A DNA stretch of 64,000 nucleotides from Candidatus Aenigmatarchaeota archaeon (GTDB lineage: Archaea > Aenigmatarchaeota > Aenigmatarchaeia > QMZP01 > JAFGSV01): assembly GCA_016934325.1 (NCBI GenBank), contig JAFGSV010000019.1, positions 1,197 to 65,196 on the forward strand. The letters run 5' to 3'. This document shows positions 10,015-17,484 of this stretch, in pieces. Made by a program: the position numbers and the translations under genes. How positions within the stretch are numbered: position 1 is the stretch's first letter; each line of letters opens with the position of its first letter. The notes below the pieces were generated by a model. That model did not search any database. It had not been told where the DNA came from and worked only from the letters and a program-made list of their open reading frames with translations.

Positions 10015-10015
10015 T

Positions 10016-12517
10016 ATGTCCAAGAGCATAAAATTCGCCGTTTCGGGGGTAGGCAACTGCCTCAGCTCGCTGATACAGGGGATCCACTACTACAAGGACA
10101 TCGAATCGGGCGACGTCCCGGGCCTGATGCACGTGAACTTCGGCGGCTACCTGATAAAGCAGCTCAAGCCGGTGGCGGCCTTCGACGTCGATAAAAGGAA
10201 GGTTGGCAAGGACCTGGGCGAGGCCATATTCGCCAAGCCGAACTGCACTACGGTATTCCACAAGGACGTGCCCAAGCTGGGCGTTGAGGTGAAGAAGGGC
10301 CCGGTCCTTGACGGGGTCGCTTCGCACATGCATGAGCATCCGGAGGACAGGACCTTCGTCCTGTCGGACGAATCCCCGGTCGACGCGGCGAAGGAGCTGC
10401 GCGACAGCGGCGCCGAGATCCTCATCAACTACATGCCCGTGGGTTCCGAGCATGCGACGAGCTATTACGCCCAGGCCGCGCTGGACGCGGGCTGCGCCTT
10501 CGTAAACTGCATGCCGGTATTCATAGCCTCCACGCCGCACTGGGTCAAGAGGTTCGAGGACAAGCGCCTGCCCATAATCGGGGACGACATCAAGTCCCAA
10601 GTCGGGGCGACCATCGTCCACAGGACCCTGGCCAAGCTCTTCTCCGACAGGGGAGTCAAGATCGTGTCGAGCTACCAGCTCAACGTGGGGGGCAACAGCG
10701 TGACAGGAGACCAAGAAATCATGCTTGCCGTCAATGGGAAGGTGAAGAAAACCAGGATTGGGGATTTTATCGACCGTTTTGTGGATGTCTTTGGAGAGAA
10801 GAGAGCTGACGGGAAGGATGTTGTAATCGTTGAAGATACCGAACAGGAAATAAAATGCTTCACTGTTGATGACGATTTTAATGTGATACAGTCGGATGTG
10901 GGCGCACTGATAAGGCACAGAATCTCAGAGCCAATTTATGAGATTACAACCGAGGAAGGCAGGAAGATCAAGATAACGAAGGACCATAACGTGTTCACAC
11001 TTGATGATGAGGGAAACCTGGAAGAGATCCCAATAGGATCGGTCAGGGAGAATGATACTTTCATTGCGGTACCAAGAAGCCTGGAGTTCTGTGCCAAGGA
11101 AGAAGCCAAGGTGATAGACCTTAACCCTTATCTGGATGACATGTTCGTGAAAGGCGTATCGGATGGCTTCATGAGGATTCACAACCATCCTGAGATAAGG
11201 ATCCCCGTGCATCTGCCTGTAACGGATGAGCTTTTACAGATAGTGGGTCTGTGGCTTGCGGACGGTAACTATGACAGGTTATCGTCATCTAACATAGAAC
11301 TGGCATGCGGTAATGAACCCGAGTGCATGGCAATTGTAGACAGCTTCACCTGCAATTACAATTTGAACTACAATGTGCGGAGCGACGGGGTGAGGGTGAG
11401 GCTCCTTTCAAAGACCCTGTCGAAGATTTTCAGATTGGCACTTGGATTAGGAGGGAATGCCTACTCGAAGCGAGTGCCGGGATGGGTATTCGGCCTTTCA
11501 GAGCGGCAGATTGGACTGGTACTAAGGGGGTATCTAAGCGGCGACGGGGGGGTGACCGGAAAACAAATACGCTGGTCTTCCGCATCGGAAGGCCTTGTCA
11601 GTGATATCCAGACATTATTCTTGCGCATCGGTATCAACTCCACCGTTTTCAAGGAGACCTATGGTAGCAGCAAGTCCTCCTACAGCAGCTCCCTGGGGCA
11701 TATCTGGCATGGCTTAATATCATCCGACGACATGGGGCCATTCATGGCTAAGGCGGGTTTCTTGCAGGATTACAAGAATGAAATGGCGTCGGAAGCTTTA
11801 GGGAAGCTGAGAATGAATAACACGCATAAGATACCGAACATATCCTTATTCAAGAGATCTCGAATTAAATCAAAAACCTGGCATAAGCATAAATCCATAA
11901 GAGCATACATAGTCCTCAATCAGCTCGACAAGATTAAGGATGAATTCGAAAGGGAGAGGGCAAGAAGCATCTGCTCCGGCGATGTGCGCTTCCTAAAAAT
12001 AAGAAAGGTAAAGCAAATAAGGACGGATGGTGTTTATGTTTACGACATAAGCACCAAGCCTTATGAACGATTTATCTGTTCCAATATCCTGGTTCACAAT
12101 ACCGATTTCAGCAACATGCTCGCCAGGGACAGGCTCAAGTCGAAGAAGATAAGCAAGACCCAGGCCGTCCAGTCGAACCTTCCCGTGCCAATAAATCCCT
12201 ACAACCTGCACATCTCGCCGAGCGACTACGTCCCCTGGCTCAAGGACAAGAAGCTCTGCTTCCTGAGGATAGAGGGCAGGAAGTTCGGCGACGTTCCCAT
12301 AAACATCGAGGCAAGGCTGGAGGTCGAGGACTCCCCGAACTCGGCTGGAGTCGTCATCGACGCCCTGAGGGCCGCGAAGATAGGCCTGGACAGGGGCCTT
12401 GGGGGCCCGCTTGATTCCATATCAGCATACTGCATGAAGAGCCCGCCGCACCAGTACCCGGATCCCATAGCCAGGGACATGGTCGAGGAGTTCATCAGGG
12501 GAGACAGGGAAAGGTAG
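10016..12517 (+). CDS. ino1: myo-Inositol-1-phosphate synthase interrupted by an intein (exteins 10016..10696 and 12101..12517, 365 aa when joined)
   Basis: N-extein FAVSGVGNCLSSLIQGIHYYKD...YQLNVGGN and C-extein TDFSNMLARDRLKSKKISKTQAV match the Ino1/IPS family (VGVGNCASSLVQG ... QLNVGGN-x-DF-x-NML-x-RDRL-x-SKKISKT). The joined length is typical for the family. Confidence 0.9.
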   Translation: MSKSIKFAVSGVGNCLSSLIQGIHYYKDIESGDVPGLMHVNFGGYLIKQLKPVAAFDVDKRKVGKDLGEAIFAKPNCTTVFHKDVPKLGVEVKKGPVLDGVASHMHEHPEDRTFVLSDESPVDAAKELRDSGAEILINYMPVGSEHATSYYAQAALDAGCAFVNCMPVFIASTPHWVKRFEDKRLPIIGDDIKSQVGATIVHRTLAKLFSDRGVKIVSSYQLNVGGNSVTGDQEIMLAVNGKVKKTRIGDFIDRFVDVFGEKRADGKDVVIVEDTEQEIKCFTVDDDFNVIQSDVGALIRHRISEPIYEITTEEGRKIKITKDHNVFTLDDEGNLEEIPIGSVRENDTFIAVPRSLEFCAKEEAKVIDLNPYLDDMFVKGVSDGFMRIHNHPEIRIPVHLPVTDELLQIVGLWLADGNYDRLSSSNIELACGNEPECMAIVDSFTCNYNLNYNVRSDGVRVRLLSKTLSKIFRLALGLGGNAYSKRVPGWVFGLSERQIGLVLRGYLSGDGGVTGKQIRWSSASEGLVSDIQTLFLRIGINSTVFKETYGSSKSSYSSSLGHIWHGLISSDDMGPFMAKAGFLQDYKNEMASEALGKLRMNNTHKIPNISLFKRSRIKSKTWHKHKSIRAYIVLNQLDKIKDEFERERARSICSGDVRFLKIRKVKQIRTDGVYVYDISTKPYERFICSNILVHNTDFSNMLARDRLKSKKISKTQAVQSNLPVPINPYNLHISPSDYVPWLKDKKLCFLRIEGRKFGDVPINIEARLEVEDSPNSAGVVIDALRAAKIGLDRGLGGPLDSISAYCMKSPPHQYPDPIARDMVEEFIRGDRER
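10697..12100 (+). mobile_element. Full-size intein (468 aa) with LAGLIDADG homing-endonuclease domain, inserted in ino1
   Basis: Starts with Ser1 (SVTGDQEIML, block A). TKDH (block B TxxH). Two LAGLIDADG motifs, LQIVGLWLADGNYD and VLRGYLSGDGGV. Ends ILVHN followed by Thr+1 (block G HN/T). Insertion lies between GGN and TDF of a conserved Ino1 motif. Confidence 0.85.
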
Positions 12518-12533
12518 GGCCTGCCTTCCAAGA

Positions 12534-13190
12534 ATGTTCTGGAAAAGTTATATAGGGAAGAGAGTAAATATTATCATGACCTTCTACGAGAACAGGCAGC
12601 GCTTCGAGAACATCTCCATCAGGATTGGCGCCGCCTTCAGCAAGCTCGGCCTCAGCCCGAACCAATGGACCATGCTGACTATCATCCCCGCCTTGCTTGC
12701 TTTGTACTTCCTCGTAAACTCGCAGTTCCTTTATGCGGCCATATTCTTCATAATATCGGGGTTCCTGGACATGGTAGACGGGGCGGTCGCGAGGGTCATG
12801 GGCAAGGTCACCAAGCTGGGTGCATACCTCGACACCATGATGGACAGGTACGTAGAGGCCGTGATAATCCTCGGCCTTCTCTTCGTCCCGCTGCCGGGCT
12901 TCGTGATACCGGCCACCGCCTGGCTCTTCCTGTACTTCATGGGATCAATGCTTACGACGTACGCCAAGTCAGCGGCCAAGGAGAAGGAGCTCGTCGAGCG
13001 AGAGCTGAAGGGCGGGATCCTCGAGAGGGCGGAGAGGCTGCTCATCCTTTTCGTGGGCATACTGCTGGCGATCGTCGACGTGACATACCTCACCTATGTC
13101 ATCGTCCTGCTCGCCATCCTGACGAACATCTCGGCTATCCAGAGGGCATACATTGCCATGAAGGCGGCGGGGAAGAAGGCCATCTCCTGA
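12534..13190 (+). CDS. CDP-alcohol phosphatidyltransferase, probable archaetidylinositol-phosphate synthase
   Basis: Signature DMVDGAVARVMGKVTKLGAYLDTMMDRY equals D-x2-DG-x2-AR-x8-G-x3-D-x3-D. Multi-TM protein directly downstream of ino1. An alternative start ATG at 12576 (MTFYENRQ) is possible. Confidence 0.8.
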   Translation: MFWKSYIGKRVNIIMTFYENRQRFENISIRIGAAFSKLGLSPNQWTMLTIIPALLALYFLVNSQFLYAAIFFIISGFLDMVDGAVARVMGKVTKLGAYLDTMMDRYVEAVIILGLLFVPLPGFVIPATAWLFLYFMGSMLTTYAKSAAKEKELVERELKGGILERAERLLILFVGILLAIVDVTYLTYVIVLLAILTNISAIQRAYIAMKAAGKKAIS

Positions 13191-13229
13191 GCCCGCTTTG
13201 ACCGGGCCGGCCTGCGCATATTTTAAGGA

Positions 13230-13616
13230 ATGCTGCAAATATTGATTATGAAACAGGAAGAAAGGGCCATAATCATCTGGTCGACCTTCTTCGTCATATC
13301 GGGATTCGTTTTCATGCTGGCCCTGTTCTTCTCACCCGTCATCGGCGCGATGATAACGCTTGCCTACATAATGCTCTATGTCGGCCTGTGCGCGGCCTTC
13401 ATAATCGTGTTCAGGGAGATCGAGGTCATCAAGAAGGACACGATCGAGAACCTCACGGAAAGGAAGGAAGAGCTCGAGCAGGTCAAGAGTGCCATAAAGA
13501 CCAAGTACTTCAAGAAGAAAATCGATGAGTCATCCTTCAAGTCAATCATCCAGGACTACGAGAAGATGCTGACCGAGATCGAGGTCAAGATAAAGAGGCT
13601 CGAGGGCCAGAAATAG
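13230..13616 (+). CDS. Small membrane protein with coiled-coil / SHOCT-like C-terminal tail
   Basis: Two hydrophobic helices (IIIWSTFFVISGFVFMLALFF, GAMITLAYIMLYVGLCAAFIIVF). These are followed by a charged helix ending KKKIDESSFKSIIQDYEKMLTEIEVKIKRLE. Confidence 0.55.
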   Translation: MLQILIMKQEERAIIIWSTFFVISGFVFMLALFFSPVIGAMITLAYIMLYVGLCAAFIIVFREIEVIKKDTIENLTERKEELEQVKSAIKTKYFKKKIDESSFKSIIQDYEKMLTEIEVKIKRLEGQK

Positions 13617-13622
13617 TCAGCT

Positions 13623-15383
13623 TCAGCGCCCGCCCTTCTGCTGCTTGTACATCAAGCTTATCCTGTCTATGTCGTCCGCGTCCTCGGGGCTCTTGTCGGG
13701 CCTGAGCCTTATGAGCCTCGGGAACCTGAGGGCAAAGCCGCTGTCGTAGTTCGGGGATTTCTGTATCTCCTCGTAGGCTATCTCGATGACGATCTTCGGG
13801 GTGATCCTCACCGTGCTGCCCTTCTCGCCGACGATATCGGGCTTCAGCATATCCGTAAGGTCCTTGAAGGTGATGTCGGTCTCCGCCGTCTTCTTCTCCT
13901 TCACCCCGGTCCCCATCATGCCGCATTGCAGGAACTCACCGCTCGCCTGGTCCCTGCACGCGAGCAGGAAGGAACCGAGCCATCCGGCCCTCTTGCCCGT
14001 GCCCCACTGCGCCCCCGATATCACGAGGTCCAGGGTCTCCATGATGGGCTTGACCTTCAGCCATCCCCCGGCCACCCTCTTCCCAGGCTGGTAGGTGGCG
14101 TCGAGGTTCTTCACCATCACGCCCTCCTGGCCGGCATAGAGCGCTTCCTGATAGAATTTCTCGGCTTTCTTTAGGTCTTTGGTAGTCAGGGGCTCCGCCA
14201 GCTGGAACTTCCCTAGGGTGGCCTTGATGACTTTTTCGAGCAGCCGCCTCCTCTCTTTGAAGGGCTTGTCGAACAGCTGCTCGCCCTCGAGATAGACTAT
14301 GTCGAACCAGTTGAGCTGGACGGGTATCTCCTTGGTCATCCTGGCTATGTCGTACTTCCTGTGTATTCGCTGGGAGAGCGCCTGGAAGGCCATCGGCTTC
14401 CCTGTCTTAGGGTTCACGGCCATGGCCTCGCCCTCGATTATGCATCTCTTCGCCTTGACCCCTTTCCTGACCATCTCGACCAGGTCCGGGAACTGCGTCG
14501 TCACGTTCTCGAGCCTCCTCGTGAAGAGCCATACCTTGTCGCCGTCCTTGTGCGCCTGTATCCTCGCCCCGTCAAATTTTTGCTCTATTTGCAGGTTATC
14601 GTAGGATTCAAGGGCGTCTTTCAGGGACGGCGCCTTGTCTGCAAGCAGGACGTGGAACGGCTTGCCGAGTTCAAGCGTCGCCTTCTTCAGGCCATCAAGC
14701 CCCTTGTCCTTCGCTATGCATGCGACCTCACCGTAATCGGGCCTGAGGAACCATGCCCACTCAATCGCCTTGATGGCATCTTTCTTGTCATCCCCTTCCT
14801 TATCAGGGAAGTAGGCTTTGGCGATGGCGTCCCTGATCACGCCCTCAGCCACGCCAACGCGCAGCTGCCCGAGGGATGTCCTGACGATATATTTCGCCTC
14901 CAACGGCGAGGAATGCATTATCAGCTCCTTGACTATGCTTATCTTGACCTCCTGGCTCCCCTTCCCCTCAACGGAAGCGAGCTTCCGCATGTTCTTGAAG
15001 ACCTTCTCGATGTCAATGTGCTTGAATCCGAGGGTCTGCTGCTGCTTCTTACCCATCAAAGCCTCCACTGTCAGTCCTAGGTCCCCGGTCTCCCTGTAGC
15101 TCCTGACCACCGCCGATTCAGGGAAGCCGGTAGCAGTCGCGACTATCTTGATGACAATCTTGTCGGCGATCCCTATCACCATCTCGCTCCATGAAGGGAA
15201 GACCTTACCCTGCAGCAGAAGGACTATCCTAGGGAGGTTCTCTGAATCGGATTCTTGCAGAAGGCTTGCGACGGCGTCAATTTTCGCCAGCCTTGACGGC
15301 GTCTCCTCAAGCTTCGCGTAAACGTCAACGAGCTTCGAATACAGCATGATTATAGTTGGTTTGGGATTTAAAATAGTGCTCAA
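13623..15383 (-). CDS. lig: ATP-dependent DNA ligase
   Basis: 586 aa. Adenylation motif I EQKFDGARIQ (KxDG). Also LFTRRLENVT, EGEAMAV, EGVMVK, WLKVKP. Standard archaeal Lig architecture. Confidence 0.9.
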   Translation of the reverse strand: MSTILNPKPTIIMLYSKLVDVYAKLEETPSRLAKIDAVASLLQESDSENLPRIVLLLQGKVFPSWSEMVIGIADKIVIKIVATATGFPESAVVRSYRETGDLGLTVEALMGKKQQQTLGFKHIDIEKVFKNMRKLASVEGKGSQEVKISIVKELIMHSSPLEAKYIVRTSLGQLRVGVAEGVIRDAIAKAYFPDKEGDDKKDAIKAIEWAWFLRPDYGEVACIAKDKGLDGLKKATLELGKPFHVLLADKAPSLKDALESYDNLQIEQKFDGARIQAHKDGDKVWLFTRRLENVTTQFPDLVEMVRKGVKAKRCIIEGEAMAVNPKTGKPMAFQALSQRIHRKYDIARMTKEIPVQLNWFDIVYLEGEQLFDKPFKERRRLLEKVIKATLGKFQLAEPLTTKDLKKAEKFYQEALYAGQEGVMVKNLDATYQPGKRVAGGWLKVKPIMETLDLVISGAQWGTGKRAGWLGSFLLACRDQASGEFLQCGMMGTGVKEKKTAETDITFKDLTDMLKPDIVGEKGSTVRITPKIVIEIAYEEIQKSPNYDSGFALRFPRLIRLRPDKSPEDADDIDRISLMYKQQKGGR

Positions 15384-15448
15384 ATTTCACTTTTCACTTT
15401 TCTATCGTGCACTAACGCAATCAATATAAGATAGCTAGAGAATTCCGA

Positions 15449-16189
15449 TTGATGGGTCTGAAAATGCCATTAAAAGAAAGTCCCATTTTAGCAGAATTAA
15501 TTGGTATTTTATTAGGCGATGGATCAATCGGTATTTACAAATGCAAGAGAAAATGTGGTAATTTTTCTTTACAGCATAAAATGCAGATTACCCTGAATTC
15601 TATCGATGATAAAGATTATATTATTTTCTTAGAAAAAATGATCTTTCGACTTTTTGGTGTAAAACCCAAGATAACCTACAGAAGTGGGAGAACTTGCGAT
15701 TTACGCCTTTTCAAGAAGGAAATAATTCAATTTTTAATCAATGAAATTGGTATGGTGATGTCTCCAAAATGGAAAAATGCAAAAATCCCTGATTATTACT
15801 TGCATACAGATTTGGAAATTAAAATTATACGAGGGTATTTCGATACTGATGGAAGCGTTGTTGTAACAAATAATAATGGAACATTGTACCCTAGATTAGA
15901 AATGAAAATATGCCCATCACCAATGCAAAGCCATATTATTGATATTCTAAAAAGAATGGAATTTAGATTTGGTGTTTATTCCATTGGGAAAGGGAAAGTA
16001 AGAATACAATTGAATGGTAAGCAACAATTGGAAAAATGGATAAAAGAAATTGGTTTTAGTAATAATAAACATATAATCAAGGCAAAACTATTCTTTTCTT
16101 CAAAACCGATAGCGGGGGATGGATTTGAACCATCGACCTTTGGGTCTCCCTTTGAACCTGAAGTCCAATATGAGCCATTCGCGAGTTAA
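15449..16189 (+). CDS. Free-standing LAGLIDADG homing endonuclease (double-motif) in an AT-rich islet
   Basis: Motifs LAELIGILLGDGSIG and IIRGYFDTDGSVV. TTG/ATG start at 15449/15452. The last ~27 codons (PIAGDGFEPSTFG...) are read-through into the antisense strand of the tRNA gene, so the functional C-terminus is probably near ...KAKLFF. Confidence 0.7.
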   Translation: MMGLKMPLKESPILAELIGILLGDGSIGIYKCKRKCGNFSLQHKMQITLNSIDDKDYIIFLEKMIFRLFGVKPKITYRSGRTCDLRLFKKEIIQFLINEIGMVMSPKWKNAKIPDYYLHTDLEIKIIRGYFDTDGSVVVTNNNGTLYPRLEMKICPSPMQSHIIDILKRMEFRFGVYSIGKGKVRIQLNGKQQLEKWIKEIGFSNNKHIIKAKLFFSSKPIAGDGFEPSTFGSPFEPEVQYEPFAS

Positions 16190-16258
16190 TACCCTCAACG
16201 AGCACTCCAGGCTTTGAGGACAAACCGAATGAACTGATTTGTCTTGCTCTACCCCGCT
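16110..16258 (-). tRNA. Initiator tRNA-Met (CAU) gene with three predicted introns (16214..16244, 16177..16195, 16146..16168). No encoded CCA
   Basis: The minus strand reads AGCGGGG-TA-GAGC-A[31 nt]AGCCTGGAGT-GCTC-G-TTG[19 nt]GG-CTCATA[23 nt]A-CCCAA-AGGTC-GATGG-TTCAAAT-CCATC-CCCCGCT-A. The spliced product is 76 nt including the discriminator A73. It has a 7-bp acceptor stem, A1:U72, A11:U24, G29-31:C39-41 and anticodon CAU (16170..16172), which are archaeal initiator hallmarks. The introns fold into BHB-like motifs. Confidence 0.8.
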
Positions 16259-16341
16259 GTTGCTATTATAATGAGGATGGTGGTTTTTAAAGGTTAACTG
16301 GGGGATACATTTTTCAAATTCGCCTGCTATAATGTGTTCTT

Positions 16342-17028
16342 ATGGGAGAAAAAATCATTGCAGGCGTTGATGAAGCGGGTAGGGGATGCGTCATAGGTCC
16401 GCTCGTTGTCGCCGGAATATCGATTCCTCACGACAAGGAAGAAGAGCTCAAGAGGATTGGCGTTAAGGATTCCAAGGAATTGCCTCACACTAAGAGGGAG
16501 AAGCTGGCCAAGCAGATAGAGGAGATTGCGAAGGACGTCATCGTCTTCAAGGTCGGGTCCTGCAAGATAGACACCTTCAGGAAGCAGGGCGTCAGCATGA
16601 ACAGGATCGAGGCGATGAAGTTCTCTGACATAATAAGGATGCTGAATCCCCATATGGCATATATTGACTGCCCGGACACGAACATAAACAAGTTCCATCT
16701 TTTCATGAACAAGCTGGTCGGAGGGGGCCCGGAGCTGATAGTGAAGCACAAGGCCGACAGGGACTATCCGGTGGTTTCAGCTGCCAGCATAATAGCGAAG
16801 GTCGAGAGGGAGCTCGAGATATCCAAGCTAAAGGAGGAGTACGGTGATTTCGGGACCGGGTACACGAGCGACGAGAGGACGATAGAATGGCTTAGGGGAT
16901 GGCTGAAGGAGAACAAGGAATTCCCCGAGCATCTCGTGAGGAGGAGCTGGATTACGTCATCCGTACTTAAAGGGGAACAAGAGCAGACAAATCTCGTGGG
17001 ATGGTTCAGGGATTTGTTAAAGAAATAA
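16342..17028 (+). CDS. rnhB: Ribonuclease HII
   Basis: GVDEAGRGCVIGPLVVAG catalytic motif, DSKEL, ADRDYPVVSAASIIAKVERE. 228 aa, typical archaeal RNase HII. Confidence 0.9.
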   Translation: MGEKIIAGVDEAGRGCVIGPLVVAGISIPHDKEEELKRIGVKDSKELPHTKREKLAKQIEEIAKDVIVFKVGSCKIDTFRKQGVSMNRIEAMKFSDIIRMLNPHMAYIDCPDTNINKFHLFMNKLVGGGPELIVKHKADRDYPVVSAASIIAKVERELEISKLKEEYGDFGTGYTSDERTIEWLRGWLKENKEFPEHLVRRSWITSSVLKGEQEQTNLVGWFRDLLKK

Positions 17029-17050
17029 GCCGGGAAAACATGTCCAAGTC

Positions 17051-17437
17051 TTATGGTGGTGTGTCCGTAGACCTAATTTCAAGTCTATATAATTTCTGAT
17101 TGAGTTGTTCTATCCTTAAAACATCTCCTGGCCCAAGTTCTTCATGCTTTCTATACCAGTTTGTAACGCTCATCTTATCGGAATCTCTTTCTGATCGCCT
17201 GGGAGAACATATATAGGCACCTGCCTTCTGGTCTCCAACACTAGTATCACTCGAAGCTGCCGCCGTTACCCATGCCTCTACTTTTCCATCGTCAGTATTA
17301 AATACGAATCGTTTCTTATATCCGGGGAAAAAATCTCTATGTTTTCTAGGGAAAACGATGATTCCATACCTTCTCCAAGATGGCTCGTCCCCTCTTGCTT
17401 GTGGGAGCTCAAGCTCTATGACTCCTGAATCGGTCAT
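17051..17437 (-). CDS. Small protein, possible B3/EcoRII-N-like DNA-binding pseudobarrel (tentative)
   Basis: Pattern IIVFPRKHRDFFPGYKKRFVFNTDDGKVEAWV...GAYI...TNWYRKHEELGPGDVLRIEQ...YRLEI resembles B3-type barrels (fP..f......l.D..G..w.v......g.yi...W..f....l..GD.v.f). The call rests on pattern only. Confidence 0.4.
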   Translation of the reverse strand: MTDSGVIELELPQARGDEPSWRRYGIIVFPRKHRDFFPGYKKRFVFNTDDGKVEAWVTAAASSDTSVGDQKAGAYICSPRRSERDSDKMSVTNWYRKHEELGPGDVLRIEQLNQKLYRLEIRSTDTPP

Positions 17438-17484
17438 GATTTAGCATATGACAGAAAACTTTATAAGTTTTCTTTTTAACTACT

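Noticed and set aside
9592-10918. ORFs 9592..10056 (154 aa) and 9998..10918 (306 aa) on the minus strand
   Set aside because: The first is an off-frame overlap of the PadR-like gene extended across the promoter. The second is antisense to the well-supported ino1 N-extein. Both are R/G/P/H-rich.
12665-13201. 178-aa same-strand ORF overlapping the CDP-alcohol phosphatidyltransferase gene, and the antisense ORFs 12731..13093 and 12969..13238
   Set aside because: Only frame 12534..13190 carries the D-x2-DG-x2-AR...G-x3-D-x3-D signature and TM helices. The others are R/G/H-rich shadows.
16146-16168. A hairpin TTGGA-CTTCAGG-TTCAA that looks like an anticodon arm with anticodon UCA (opal suppressor or Sec-like tRNA), followed by a GGG-AGA-CCC mini-hairpin resembling a variable arm
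   Set aside because: Using it as the anticodon arm leaves 30 unexplained nucleotides after position 26 and gives no matching D or anticodon geometry. Treating it as the canonical-position intron yields a perfect initiator tRNA-Met with BHB-compatible splice sites.
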